A stretch of DNA of 61,364 bases, filler included, from Sphacelaria rigidula (lineage: Eukaryota), in NCBI GenBank assembly GCA_964200075.2. It is 5 parts of 5 records of this genome, joined end to end, with 100 filler letters (N's around TTAATTAATTAA, not from the genome) between each part and the next. Parts side by side here need not be neighbours in the genome. Positions count along the whole stretch, not along the records: positions 24,589 to 36,782 come from CAXNAA020004022.1; positions 36,883 to 49,073 come from CAXNAA020004023.1; 3 more parts are not named here. One strand, given 5' to 3'. The stretch's first letter is position 1. The number at the start of each line of letters is the position of its first letter. Positions 24,489-38,690 of this stretch are shown here, piece after piece. The position numbers and the translations under genes are program-made. The notes below the pieces were generated by a model. The model was given only the letters and a program-made list of their open reading frames with translations. It was not told where the DNA came from and did no database searches.

Positions 24489-25863
24489 NNNNNNNNNNNN
24501 NNNNNNNNNNNNNNNNNNNNNNNNNNNNNNNNTTAATTAATTAANNNNNNNNNNNNNNNNNNNNNNNNNNNNNNNNNNNNNNNNNNNNCCCCCCCCCCCC
24601 CACCCCTTCCCTCTTTTTTTTTCTCCCCCCCCCCCCCCCCCCCCCCCTTCCCACATGTTGCCCTCAACGTTCTTCGTCCTTGAGAGGAGGATGAACAGCT
24701 GATTTCCTGTACACCACGTCGTGTTCAACTTCAACTGTCCCGTAGGAACGATCCAAAGTTGATGAGGTCCGAAGTGATGCGCGCAGGATAGCCCGTTTAC
24801 CAGCTAATGGAATCACAAGTTGGATGGCAGGGGCGTTCAACATTTTCATAGCCTGCACGATCTATGGTCGAAAGATGCAGTAGATGAGAGCTGTACTGGT
24901 GAAAGTATAGGTCTATTGCAACTATTGTCGGCTGTCAGTAGTTGCAATAGACCTATACTTCATCCCGTACATGTTTTGTATATTGCATCCCATAACGAAA
25001 TATTGTTATCATGCAGGGTGTGAACATTTTTCCGTGTGATATACTCACTCTCGTTGTCGGTGATTTTTGACGGCACGAATAATCGATAGATCAATTCACC
25101 AATCGTTGATGTCAACATCACGCGATGGCTACTCCGCAGCCAAAAACCCTGAGTCCGTTGTTGTTCATACCTCCTGCCACATCTCGGCAGGTTTTTCGAC
25201 GGGCCCTTCCCGTTTCACAATCTAGTGTTGCACTCCTTGCGTTTGGTCTGCCTTGACTGAAGCAGTTCGTATGAGTATTTCTCAAGAAGGCTGCAAAGAT
25301 GAAAGTGAGGAGAAAAATCCCTGCGACGGTGCAATGGGCGTCTTGTGTTCGAATAATTTTGCCTGAAAGTGCGAAATCATTTTCCAACAACTTGGGCCAA
25401 TAAGAGGATGGTGTGTGGAAAGTGTCTTGTGTGCACAAGCCGCGATCGAATCCTCGCATCGCCTCGAGACACACTGTGAAGGTATAATATCCCCGGTTCG
25501 GCCCAGAGGCAGGCCTCGTGCGTACCCCCGGAAACAACGCAAGGAGTATGCTGTAATCCTCGTGATGCAAGGAACCATGGTGTACGGTAGTGTTGTAGAA
25601 TAGGTTTGGAGCGGAGAGACATACCTGTGTCACACACATATGTATGTATGTATGTATACATACATACATACATACCCTTGTGTTATGTGACTTCCATATA
25701 GCACTCATCAGTGAAACGCGCAGATCCTACAGTATTAATAATACATGTGTCAACCCAAAAGCAAGTTGTGGGGAAAACGAAATGACCAACATCGCATCGT
25801 TTGTCGCGTTTTGTGTCTCGGCGGCATACTCCCGTCTTTGGTCTCCTTGGTCTCCTCCCGCAG

Positions 25864-28665
25864 GTTGCGGTTTTGGCTGGGGACTACTTGTTGGCGAGGG
25901 CTTCGGTGCTCCTGGCGCGTTTGAACAATGTACAGGTGAGAGGGGGGCGTCGAGGTCGTTCTCATTTGTTGCTTGTCTTGGTCGTTTGACCAGTGACCAC
26001 GCATCCCTTTCGAGACGGAGCACTGTTCCTACTACTTGTCGAGGCACCTCCAACATTTGAGCGCTCACCACGCCTCTGCCACCACACTACACGGACACAT
26101 TTTACTCTCTTACCCCTTTCCTGTCTCGCCGACTGTGGCTACCATATATCTCCCAGTAAAGCTATAGTTTTTCTCGCCACTTCCCAATGCATCAAATGAT
26201 TTCATGCCACCTCCGTTTACTTCCTACATTTACCTCTCTAGCACGCCCCTTTTCTCCTCGTGTAGTTCACATTCTGCCACTAGATGAGATTTACTCTCTG
26301 GTTATTTTTGCCACAATGGCAATTCTGTGCATCTCCCTCCTCCTCCACTCGACTCCTGGGAGATCTATTCTTTCTGGCAGGTCCAGGTCCCCCACCCGCA
26401 ATCGCACTTTCCCTTTTTTCGCTGATTCCACGGGGCCATGCACCTATGTTGTCATCCCCATTCCCATTTTCAACTCCCGATATACCATGAGGTGTTCCTC
26501 CTCGTCTACTTTCCGTCTTGGCGCTCCTTTTCCCCTTATTTCCATCATGTCCACTACTTTTGTTTTGTACCCCTGCATTCAGAGGGCGGGGCATGGGGTG
26601 AGCGGGGGAGATGGAGGGAAAAGAGCAAAGCCCATGTTGCAAGAGAAACAACCAAGCTGTCGGCGGTCGTTGTGTTCTACGAATATTTGACATACCCCAG
26701 CTCACCGTGCACGTGCGCCGGTGTTGAAAAGTGGTACAAGTGTAGGTCACAAATCCAGCAAATGATCAAGTACCCCTACTCCCACCCTCACCTTCATGGA
26801 ATATCGACGAACCTGTCCATGACTGTCGTGTTCGAGTAAGACACGGCTTGAGTTCCATCCGGTATCTTGTCGAGATGGGGACTGATCTCTGCAGCTCGCT
26901 TTCGATATCCCCCGTGGAATAACGACGTGATGAACCAGGTGGTGGAAATCATGGCTACCGCTCTGGACAGCCTGGTGCAAGGGGAAATTATGCAGCTCAA
27001 GATGGATCCAGAGAAGATGCTGGACATCAGCCAGTACCTGAAGAAAAGCTACTACAAGACGGCCAGTCTCATCACTAATGCGTGCAAGAGCTGCGCCTTG
27101 CTGGGGGGGCACGAGTTCGACAGCGACGTGAGTTTGAGGTCTTGGCTCCGTGTAACCAACTGTTCGTGATTAGCTGGCTGGCTGGCTGACTGGCTGACTG
27201 GCTGGCTTTTGAGGGTCCGCCTCCCTTGTGTCCTCTTTTGTTTTGGTCTCCTGGCCGGGTTTGCGTGTAGCGAGTGTCCGTTTGGCGGTTTCCCTCCCCT
27301 CCTCGTACCTTATTCGTCTGTGGTTTTCCTGGTCGAGCTGGGGTGACCGATCTGTAAGTGTTGGACGTTTAATTCTTGGTCCTTAGCGTATACCTCGTCA
27401 TCATCGTTTTTCTTGGGTACGTCCATCATGACACCACGGCTGGACCCCTGGGGGGTCGGTTCAAGTGCGTCAATCAACCAATCAGTCATTCAATCATCCA
27501 CGAGTGGACTCGTAGCCGATCACTTGGGACCCCTTGACCGCCATGATGGTCCTGTGTATGTTTCCAGCTATGGTTTAGTTAGAAACCACCAATATTATCT
27601 CCACTCGGAAAACCGACCGTTGGACCCAGATGTCCACTCCAGCCGTCGAAGGGTCGAATGGTTGATGAGCAACAAGCGGAGCGATCAAACAATCGAGTAG
27701 TAGTGGTGCCGGCCTCGATCACAGTGTCGCTAAGGAGGTACCAGGGACACACCGCTTGCGATTCATGTCTCTCGTAAAACTTCGTACGCGCTGAAAAGCC
27801 TCTGCAATATGATTTGGGACACATCGTCTGTGGTGGTGATCGATGTTCATACGCGGGGGAGTTCCTCAGTACGCCGCGTTTGCCGCCCTCCCCCTTGTCC
27901 TCGTTCTGTTCTGCCCTCGTTGTATTTCTTCGTCATGATCCACCGTGTTTTCATGTGATGAGTCGCCATCCATGATCGTTCTCTGCCACGTCTGTCATGA
28001 TCTGGGATTGTTCACCATATATTTTGTTGCGTTGTGTGTCGTTGGCTGTCACAGGTTGCAACCGCAGCTGAGGAGTACGGGTACCACATGGGGCTAGCCT
28101 TCCAGATCATCGATGACATCCTTGACATCGTGGGGGCGGCTGATGTAAGCAGCTGGCATCGATTCGGTGTCGATCATGCAATGATTGTGTGGACGTCCAA
28201 TCGTTCTTGTTAATGGTACATATTTTTCCCATCGAAATCGAAAGGGCACTCGCCGTGTATCAAGATCTCTAGTGAACAGAGAGCAAGCCTCGTCTGCTAC
28301 CTGGGAAGAATCTGAACCTATCGTGTTTTTTCGTTTCACGGGTTTCGCCTCGTCTCCTCCACACACCCACATCCTTTCTCCCCTTCGAACGCCGGCACTT
28401 TCTTGCTCTGATCCTCTGTGTGTGCCGCTGCTCCTTGTTTTGTCTTGTGTTGTTGTCATTGTCCATTGTTGTCTTGATCCGTGGTTGTTGTGGCTGGTGT
28501 TGTTCGGTTTCGTGGCTCCTCCGATGTTTTCGTCATGCGACGAAAAGACACTGGGGAAGCCAGCAATGGCGGACATGTCGCTGGGGCTTGCGACTGCGCC
28601 TATCTTGTACGCTGCCGAAACGGAGCCGGGGGTGAAGAAGCTTATCAAGCGCCGATTCAAAAACG

Positions 28666-28714
<49 letters not shown>

Positions 28715-30796
28715 TGCGTCCCTGTTTTTTTTCTTCATTCCTTCAGAGGGGATGTGATTTGCAGACTGACTGTTTTCTTTTTCTTGGGTCGAGTAGGGTT
28801 GTGATGTGTGTGCGCGTTCGTGCTGTTGTGCTCGAAGGTGGCACCGAGGACGCTACATTCAAATATCGTGGAGCAAGACGATGTAAAATATGTGGAACAG
28901 TGATGTTAGAAACCGGGGTGGTGAAGAGATGGCACGTGTAATTTTTTTTGTCTGTTTGAAAACCCATCGTATGCGTCTCTGGTTCAACAAAGTCGTGTCA
29001 AGTGCAAGAGGATACATGATTTACCCTAATGATCCGTTCGTGTGCTATGATGTGAGCCTTCGGTGAACGTCAAAAGCTCCGTTTTATTTATTTTTTCCTC
29101 TCGTTCATGAAATGACTTCTCCCTCATTTCTATTGGTGTTTTCTTTCTCATTTTTTTTCAATTGTGTGAAGGGGGACAAGGAAATCGCTCTGCAGGCGGT
29201 ACTCGCGGGGGATGCAGTAGACCGGTCGAGGGAACTGGCGCGGTGGCACGCGCAGGTACGGATTTATAAAGGATGTGATGTGACGTGTATACATGTCCTT
29301 CTGGCTATTATTGGGTTGTCGCCGCATAGGTGTGCTCCACTTGGTATGTGTTTGGATCCTTTTTTTGAAGATTTTATTTCGTTTTTCTTGTGTAGCAAAT
29401 TCGAAGGACACCTCATTCGTTTTGTTCAGCTGCGCTGTGCGACCATTGGTGGGCGAGTTTACCGGTTCATTCCAAGTAGCGTACGGGTTTCCTTCCTCCC
29501 ATTTCGTGCTCAACAAACTATATTTTTGTCTTTTTTGTTGCTTTTGCTGCAATTGTCCCCCCCCCCCGCGCGCCCTTGTTGGTACCATGATACAAGAACC
29601 TTCAAACCTTAATATTCGATCTATTCCAAGGTCTCTCAACACTGTATGCAGGTGCATCGATACATGGTCGCCTCTCAAAGAGTTGAAGGGCAGGTCGAGT
29701 ACAGTATACTAAATACTCGGTATTTTCGAAGCGGCATACCCTCGGTAGTCGGATTGTGAGGGGAGTATTTGATGTCGTACTCAATCTACTCGGAATTCGA
29801 GTAGAGAGTATTTGAGGCCGTACTCGACCTACTCAAATTTGAGTAAAGTGTTGAGGTCATGCCCAAGTGATACACTATACTGAAGTATTACGGAATGTGC
29901 TTACTCCATATTTGAGTAGAATTTTGGACGTCCGCCGTACGCGATCTTCTCTAATTTTGACTCAAGTATTCGAGCTCGAACTCGACCTGCTCAACCTTTG
30001 AGTAGAGGAAATACTCGAGTGTTTAAATTGAGTACTTGGAAGTACATAACTCCACTCGACCTGCCCTTGCGGAAAGTTCGAATTGGCCCGTACATGGACC
30101 AACAATGACTACACCGAGATGGGCCAGGGTTCAATGTTTAGCAGGAGGCGTTAATGTGTGCAACTGGGGTTTTGGTTCACGAAGCTCACTCCCATCTATC
30201 AAGCATGTTGGAAAATATCAGCGTCGTATCTCAAACTCGGCTCCCGGTATCCTGGTTTGTTTTGTTAACTGTTTCAAGTGAGGGTGATCGCGATTCATAA
30301 GAAGACGTGACCTGGCGGTCAAAGGGTCTCTCATCATCTAATGGATCGCTATCACTTTCACTTGGAAACACTCAACAGAACAAACCAGGCTACCGGGAGC
30401 CGAGCTTGAGATGCCTCAATTGAACATGAGCATCTCTTCGATTTTGTTCTTGTTATTTTGATGAATTTTGACCACTTTTCGAACGTTGGTGTAAATATAT
30501 ACTACATTTCATCTATTGAGTTCACTTGGACCCGCAGGTATTGTACTGCGTGCCATTTTGCGATAATCACCTATGTGAACGCAACACAGAACTGGTCCCC
30601 CCCGTCCCCCCCCACCTCCCCGCTGGACCGGCTATCTTCTAGCGCTTGATCGTTATGACACACTCGAATTTGTGCCATCCTCCATTTTGTTGTATCCTTT
30701 CAGCGCGCCGTGGACGCCGTCTTGAGGCTTCCACCTTCGGAGGCTCGTGATGCTCTGGTCAACATCTGTCACATAGTACTCACACGGAACAAATAA
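25864..30796 (+). CDS. SPS: All-trans polyprenyl (solanesyl/decaprenyl-type) diphosphate synthase, 5'-partial, 6 exons
   Basis: Exons 25864-25935 (VAVLAGDYLLARAS), 26939-27127 (LVQGEIMQL...YYKTASLI), 28055-28144 (GLAFQIIDDILD, the second aspartate-rich motif), 28548-28667 (LGKPAMADMSLGLATAPILYA), 29172-29255 and 30704-30796 (...HIVLTRNK*), all phase 0. The exons containing the first aspartate-rich motif are absent from this contig, so product chain length cannot be assigned. Confidence 0.93.
25942..26023 (-). mobile_element. Oligo(C)-tailed retroposon, copy 4, next to an SPS donor site
   Basis: Body CTCATTTGTTGCTTG...CATCCCTTTCGAGACGGAGCAC; no TSD seen. Confidence 0.7.
29686..30068. mobile_element. 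MITE with TACTCGA/TCGAGTA subrepeats in an SPS intron
   Basis: 15-bp perfect TIR AAGGGCAGGTCGAGT / ACTCGACCTGCCCTT. Confidence 0.65.
30226..30414. mobile_element. ~190-bp MITE; a related left end at ~54454
   Basis: ~40-bp TIRs GTATCTCAAACTCGGCTCCCGGTATCCTGGTTTGTT / AACAAACCAGGCTACCGGGAGCCGAGCTTGAGATGC. Confidence 0.7.
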
Positions 30797-33700
30797 AGGG
30801 GGCAAGAGAAATTGAATTTCGTGATTTGTGAGTTGCAGGTGAAGGATTGTGGGTCGGCGGGAGGAAGGGCAGTGAGTGTCAGCAGTGTCCACCACATGAA
30901 GTAATATTTGCGGGAACATTAAAGTGCAGAGTATGATCTTGACGATGGTGACGAGAGAGGTAGCCGAGGAAAAAACGCGGTTTTCCGATTTTGATTTTTG
31001 ATGTGTGTGCTCGTGCTTGACCGTGTGCATCGGAGAGAGGAATAGGATTGATAGAGATAATTTGATAATTTTGCAACGCGTGAAAGTTTTGCGGCAAGAA
31101 TACGGAAGAAAAGAAAAGGAGAAAATTCTTGATATTGTAGGGGTTTTTGTTTTGTTCTGTTTCGTTGTTCCTCGTCCTGTATCCCCCGTTGTTTTTCCGG
31201 GTTCCTGCAATAAATTGTTTCGATGGTTGACTTGTCAATGCTGACGGAGTTGCAGCGTGGCGTTTTCCCCTCGAAGACTGTAGTGCTGCCAATAATGATG
31301 AGGAATATGGGGGGGGGGGAGAGGGGAAAGGTGGGCTAGAACAGGGACTCAGTTGTACGCTGCAACTAAGGTGGAACGACACCACTTTTTGGCGAGCTGC
31401 GTACATCTTGAAACTTATATTCTGCACCTGCCTCTGGTGCGAAGGAATATCGCACGGACGTGTAGACACGAATGGAACAAACGTAGATCTCCTCTGGAGT
31501 GGAAACAAGCAGAAGGGAAATCCGCATCCCCTGCCCTCCTCTGCTGATTTTTCGTTCTTGTTCTCTTTTGTCGAAGTATGTGTGAGGCGGTCTGATTTTG
31601 ACGGGGGCGGGCGGGCGCACGGGGGTGATGTGAGGGAACCTTGAATGCTCGATCACAACAAATGTAATGAGCGCTTTGCGCGAGGAATGGTGGGCGATGT
31701 TCCGTTCAGCTTTGTTTTTGCTTGTTGATGAATTTTTCCTCTTTTTTTTTTTATGTTGAGTTTTTACCGTCGGCTTGGAGGTGGGGGGGAGTGTAGCTTG
31801 GGATGCAGAGATATTTCGTTGGCGATTCAAAGGATGGGCGTTCTGATTCGTTTCACACACGTTTGGATTGGTGGTACAAGGGGTCAGATTGGTGTTGAAT
31901 GTCTCTCGCGTGTTCGTTATCGTGGCGACTTTGGCTGATGCGGCGCCTTTTCCTGTGCTTCAGTTTGTTCAGAGAAGAGGGTAAGGTTGGGCTGAGGATG
32001 GGTGCAACGGAACACGAGATTTGTACGGGGTGTGGAATAAGGTGTGAGGGATGATTCACGTATCCATATCTGATGTACACTTCGCGTCCGTATGTAGGAG
32101 CATGATGTTTCGAAAAATCCCGTACGCTTGCTTGATAGCACACACTGCTAGACCTGTTTTTTTCCGTGTCCCGAGGTTGGAAAAACAACGGCCCCTGCAG
32201 TCCGTGGTCGCATCCGCATATCCAAGCGTGTACATACGTTATGCATTTTCTCCTGCCCGATCCTATGAGTTTTATGTTCGAGAGGAGACTATGTAGTGCC
32301 ACCTTGCCTTGATTCTCTGGTTTTTCCGGGTTGTGATGGGCGCCTTGAATCTAATCGGGTGTGTTCGGTCATCCTGCACACGGTGGAGGCGGGCGTGTAA
32401 GTTTCAATCAAGTTCACCTTTCTCTTTAATTCGTTGGGTAGCGGTGGTTCCCGCCAAGTACCCAGCAGCACCAGCAGTAACATGGCAGCACTTGAGTCAC
32501 GGGAAGCAGGGTGGGGGTACTGCTTCTGCGTTCCAAGTCTATGAATTGCCGGTCATGACGTCGCGTCTTCGAGCTCATCTGTGTGAGAAAAGGAATGTTT
32601 TCACATGCTTATCGTGATCGACGTTTGGTGATCCCTTCTCCTTTCATGGTGGACCTGCTCCTTACTGACGGGGAGGAAAATAAGTGAAGACACACGCACG
32701 TTACGGCGACGAAAAAGGTCTTTCAGCTGTTCGTGTGTTCGGTGCTTTGGTATGTCGACTTGCATTTTTGTCCAGTTTTTGGGTTTCCTCGAGCTCCGAA
32801 GGGCATGGAACGTGAAGAGGAGAGGGGATTTGGGTGGAGGAAGGGAAGTAGAGCGCGTGGTACCCTCTCCAACATACGAGGACGGATGGAAGGCACAAAG
32901 AAGCAAACGAGATCTGCTTGTGCCACACAGATGGATGCCACTCGAGCGAATATGTAAAGAGGGGGGTACGGAGGGGGGGGGGAGGGGGAGGGCATTAGAT
33001 GAGGGCGGACCACTGACGGTGCTGGATGTCTGATGGAGAACAACGGTGGTTGTCACCGTGTGTTCGATCCGTGACGGATTGTTTTCGCTAAAGAGTCGGC
33101 CATTCACAGGAGCCACGAGTTCGGAACCCTTATTTATTTGACAGGTTGCGCTGTGGCTGCTGTTCTGCTCACCATGATGTATATACCTTGATTACTGTGT
33201 TTGCGTAAAAGTACGCTCATTCCCCCAAAACACCGTAGTATCTTCGCATGTGACGCAAACGAACGAATGATAACTATACGAGGAGACAAGAAAACATGAG
33301 CTACTCGATTTCTTCGGAGACCAGCATGGTATGGTCCGGCGCGCTCTGGTGGAATGCGCCAAAAATATACACTGCTGAAGACAGTCGTGAAGCAGCTTCT
33401 CGCTGTACCCATCATTGCACCACTAACTAGCGCAACCGCGACACGCGGACCACGATGCGCACATGGCAACAAAAAATATTGCTGGACGCTGGTGGAGACT
33501 TCAGCGAGGCATGAGCTCGCAAGTTCCCGTTGGAGATTTTCCAATTTTCCAATTGGTTGTTTGAGGCTATTCCAGATCCGGTATCGGATTCCTGCGACAG
33601 AAAAACGAGCAGAACTTTTCGAGAACTTTTCAGAAAACAAACAGAACTTTTCAAGAACCGCTCAAAACATGACACCATTATCTGGAGTGCAGGGTGGTAC

Positions 33701-34327
33701 ACTCAGCACAAGACAACTCTGCGGTGGTAAATAAAGTCCAGAGTGCTACTCTGAATACCAGACAACACGGCAGTTCTGCAGTGTTTTCGAGTTTTAGAAC
33801 CTGAAGACGGGCTGTATACAGTATGGCCGTCACTACTGTACTCTCTGTGCTTGCAGAGTACAGCCTGTACTCGGACAGTGGAGGTGGACAGCACGCTATC
33901 ACTACTGGATAGATGCACTGCAGTGGCTGGGTATGCTTTGTTGGGTGAAAACTTGCACTTCTCCTCTGATGGTGGGCATCAGCTACAGAACTGCGTGGTA
34001 CGGTGGGCAACCGAGTTGCGTGCACGCTCATGGACAGTGCAGTCTGTACAAAGCTGCACGTTGCTGAAGTCCTCTTCACGTCGCATTGTGAGCAGGGAGG
34101 ACTGATAGTCCTGGGCTCTCTGCACTACATGTTGCCCGCTTCTCCTTCATATCGTCCTGAACCAGACACGCACACACGCACTCAAGACATCCTGCTTGCA
34201 AGAGGTGCAGGCAGTACAGATTGTGTGTATTGTACACGAATGACCATGTGCCGCGTCACGAATTCCAGGCACAGGACCCATACATCGAGATAATTTAATT
34301 TTCAATTATTTGCGCAAAGGGCGATCA

Positions 34328-35883
34328 TGTCCGAGCGTTCAACATCGGCACCCTGCAAACAATGAGAGACGGTTTAAAATCAGCCGAAGGACTGAAACAT
34401 GGGACGTGTGTTGTCTCACTCTACTGCAGCACAAACACACTCGCTTTCGCTCTCTCTGTGTTACGGTATGGGTGATTCACCATTTTGTCTCCGCCCGTTG
34501 TCGGCCCCAACTTTACAGAAACAGAGGCAGGGATTTCCGAGTACCCCCTCACCTCAAAACGCCCCAGGAGTGTGTCCGTGAACGTGGTTTGCGTCACAGA
34601 CAGCGTGCCTCTATCCCAGTCTCTATCCACTGCGCACCCCATGTTCGTGGGAAACCTTTTGTTGAGGATTTTGCCCACCTTTCCTACGTATTCCTCAGAG
34701 CCACTGATAAGGATGTCGTCCACATGGACAACTAAAATCACACGCACGTCTTCTGCATCCTCCACCTTGAAAACGCATGGGTCAGCCTCACACTGCACCA
34801 TCCCGACATCCTCCAGCAACGTTTGACACAGAAGACGAGACCACTGCCTGCTCGCTCGCGTGATCCCGTAAATAGAGTTTTCAAGCTTCACGGTCACGTC
34901 TGTCAAAACGGAGCAACCTTCAGGCAACCTCATGTATACATCGGTATCCATTTCCGCTTGAACAAAAGCCTGTGTCACATCAAAATGGTACAGCGGCCAC
35001 TCTTCCTGAACTGCACTGCCATGACCAGTTTGATGGAGGCCATTGAGGGCGTTGCCGCGAAAGTCTCGAAATAGTCGGCTGCAAAACGTTGTCCAAAACC
35101 TCGCGCTACCAACCTTGCCTTTGCCTTCGTTACAGTACCATCTGCGTCGGTCTTCCAACTAAAAACCCACTTCGCTGAAATCACGTATGCTGCTTCCGGT
35201 ACAGGGCCAGTCGAAAATGTTCCAGCCTTTTCGTGACCTTCTAGCTCGGCCTGCATCGCGCCTAACCATGCCTCTCGAAATTCTGACTTGGTAATGTCAT
35301 CCATACTGGTTGGTGCTGGCTCTATTTCGCTTACGTGTAGACCAACCGGTGAACGCAAACCGAATTCAGACTGCCCTACCGTGTTTTCCTCAGCAACAAA
35401 ACAAAAAAAATCGTTTTCAGCTAACTCGTGTTGAGTCGAAACGATTGCGTCTTGTCCAGCCACCTGTCCTGCTGCAGCGGTGATCATCCCCATGGTTGAG
35501 CGTTTGTCCTCCGCCATTCCCGCCAGCGCCATCTCCACTTCCTTCTTGCTTTCCTCCGCTCCGCCAGCCACCAGCGTTTCGTCTCGTGCGTGTACCGACC
35601 CCATTGCCTCGTGCGTTTTGATCTTCGTACGCCCCGCCCTTGGTGTTGGTAGCCGGTCAGCCCACGCAAGACGACGCTGCTCGGTCCTCGGGAGTTGAGG
35701 AGCGTCGCCGCCCCCCCCGCCATCTTGCGAGGGACCCGTGGAAGAGGGTGACAGTGCGGGCGACGAGGCAGTGTCCGATGCTGATGTGAGCGTCGGCGTA
35801 GGTGTCGGTGTCGGCGTAGGTGTCGGCGTCTGCGCTGGTGTCTGCGTTGGCGTAGGTATCGGCGTCTGCGATGATGTTGGCGT

Positions 35884-35921
<38 letters not shown>

Positions 35922-36782
35922 CCGGCTCCACCTCACCCCCTTCGTTGACGAAATCTGGAACGGGGATATCTGGTCTCACCCCGCCTTTCCCCCACCTCGC
36001 GGGGACGGTGAAGGCACTTCGCCCCCTCCACTACTGATGGGGATCTGCGGTGCTGCTCCGCCGCTCCCACCAACGGAACTCGGCGGGGAGGACGGCGCGC
36101 TTGAGCAACCGCTGGGCGAAGTGTCCACTGTCGAGCTTTCCGTCCTGTCTCCACACACATCCTGGCCTTGATCGACGCTGGAATCCTTCAGCTCGCCCGG
36201 CGTCTGGATCGCTTGCTGTAGCGTGTGGAGGAGGGCGGCGGGCGTACGTGCCCATGTTACATGTCTTGTCACGGAGATAGTTTCTCGTACAGCCAGAACT
36301 CGCATCGCGTCACGTGGGTAGCCTGGTGCTGGGCTCAAGTACCAGCATTTTTCGGCCTTTGGCTGTAATTTTATTTGTCCGCTTCCTCCTACAAAAACCA
36401 GGCTTCAAGAACGGAATGAGGTCACCTTCCGGTGGTGATTCACACCACATGTCATGCGGTGATTTGTGGTGCGGGTTAGCCGAGGTGGCGGTACAGTTCA
36501 GGGCGTGACACGCCAAGTTTGCTTGTTCAGCCCACAGGCTGTCACCATTTGGGATGCGCTCATCGGGGTACAGCTCGGATGCTTGGATTCTAGCCGCAAG
36601 GCCTGCTGTTTCGATGATACCCAACGCTCGCTCTGCAACGCCGTTGAACTGGGGTGTCGGCAGTTGTCTTCTCCTGCTTGATCGTTTCCCTGTCGCACAG
36701 TTCACCAAATGCACCCTCCGAAAATTCACCCCCGTCATCGCTACGGACTATCTCAATTTTTCTCGGAGAGACCCATGCAATG
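34328..36782 (-). mobile_element. Ty1/Copia LTR retrotransposon relic (integrase C-part plus RT, frameshifted, RNase H missing)
   Basis: Integrase motifs TPQFNGVAER and LWAE...ACHALN precede RT motifs KWVFSWK...KAKARLVARGFGQ...DYFETFA, HFDVTQAFVQA, SIYG and LVVHVDDILISG. INT-before-RT order is diagnostic of Copia. Confidence 0.92.
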
Positions 36783-38690
36783 NNNNNNNNNNNNNNNNNN
36801 NNNNNNNNNNNNNNNNNNNNNNNNNNTTAATTAATTAANNNNNNNNNNNNNNNNNNNNNNNNNNNNNNNNNNNNNNNNNNNNCTCCCTTTTGGGCAATCG
36901 GGCGGAAGAAATCGTGAATTTGATGATTTTGAGTCGTGATGATTTGTCCTAACCATGGATAGTTGCAATAGGGCTATACTGTACGCAGTACATTTTGTGT
37001 CTGTTGCAACGATTGACCACAAATTTTGTCCAGGGTGTGAAGTTTTGTGAGTTCGATGATCGTGCGGGGTGCATTACATTTATGTTCCATACGCGCCCCT
37101 CCTGTCATAGGATAGCTGATCGAAATTCCTAAGGTGGATTCATCCTCCAGGCCATGTATCGCCCGTCTCTCTGACTGCATTGCTCAGGAGAGGAGCGGTG
37201 ATCGACCTTCGTACAGTACTCATGACCGAGCCTTCATGCTGCTGCTGAAAGATCCAAACGCGCGGCAAAGTGACATGCAAGTCATCTCTGCCCCTTGCAT
37301 ATTAATCTGCGAATACAAAAGATTGACGGCACACCAACACGATGAAACAGCTCAGTGTATGCCCCCCCTTACCTATGAATGCTCAATTCTCCCTCCTGCT
37401 GTACGTTTACACCAGGATAGCTGAGCTTTGCAGCCAGCAACCCTGGTGCAAGTCGTCCTCTTCGCTTCCCTTCCCGCGCCTGAATGGATGGATGGTTGCA
37501 ACTGGATTGACTCGGAAGTGGCGCGCAACAACAGTTGGGTCCTGTGTTCTGGATCACCGCACAAACGTCACAACCGTTGTCACCTGTCTTTTCCTACACC
37601 GAAAGCCTTGAAGTCGTCTCTCCTGCTTTACATCTGCGAACGAAATCGAAGGGCTTCCCAGTCCTGGAACTGCGTGTGATCAAATGCGGTAACATCATTC
37701 TACGCTAATAATTAAATCACAGCATTCATTTTTGCCTTTATCCACTGGACCTTTTTCAAACTGGTGCTGCATGCTTGCTGCATGCTGCATGATACAAAAT
37801 TCTAGATTCAACAACCCTGTGTACACATCGATCACTACTTGATGTGGGATGCATCAAAGTAGGAGGTATAATCCTCTAATGATTTTTCGTTGAGCAAAAG
37901 AAATTCGCGTCAACAACATGAAGAGTCGGGTGAGAAAAATCGTGCGCCACTGGCGCAACAATAACATTTTGCATAATATGATATGTCGTACGCATACAAA
38001 ATTCGACCCCACGGTCGACGAGGGAAAGTATATACTCTGTCATAATCCTTTGATTGCGCTGGTAGTGTGCATATCAAAGGATATGACAACACCTGTCAGT
38101 ATTATCATATATACCCTTTGGTGCAGTTTGGTGGTCGTTTGGTGCAGCAGTGGGGGAAAATAATGGATAATGGAACGTGTCCCGCGACGGTAATGGAAAA
38201 TGGTCAACATTGGTAACGTAGTCACACTCCGACAGGTTGCGCTCTACGATAAAATGCCACCATATGAGCACTGCACGACGTACGTTCCACCCAGAGGATG
38301 GATGTGTGTTTTGGATATCTCTGATCTCGACAGGATTCCTACGGTCGAAGGGCAAATGGTCAGATTTCAGCTGGAATCCGAGACACTTAGGAGCGCGGTA
38401 AAACCATCATACTGACTGCAAGTGACAAGAAGTCCTCACAATGTGAGCTTGGCCGTCGTCGTCATCGTGCCAACGTGAAGCTCCTTGTGAAGAATCCTGA
38501 TTCAGCTCTGCAGTTTTCGTGCTACTTTTATAACACAGGGGTGAAACACGGTCAAGTGCTTAATACCGCTGTTGGCACGAAGCAACTGGGCGGGGCGGGC
38601 GGAGGCGGGAAGTTTGGCGTTCTCGGGGGTGGTATGCTACGGCTGCCATTGCGGTGCCATTGCGGTTGCAGCACAACGTAATACTATACA

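Noticed and set aside
25636-25675. (TATG)n(CATA)n hairpin
   Set aside because: Two abutting microsatellites in opposite orientation; no evidence of function.
26050-26870. Overlapping 130-170 aa ORFs in SPS intron 1
   Set aside because: No recognisable domain; probably a decayed repeat, but I cannot classify it.
17875-30796. pICln and prenyltransferase as one fused gene or a functional cluster
   Set aside because: They lie on different contigs separated by an artificial spacer.
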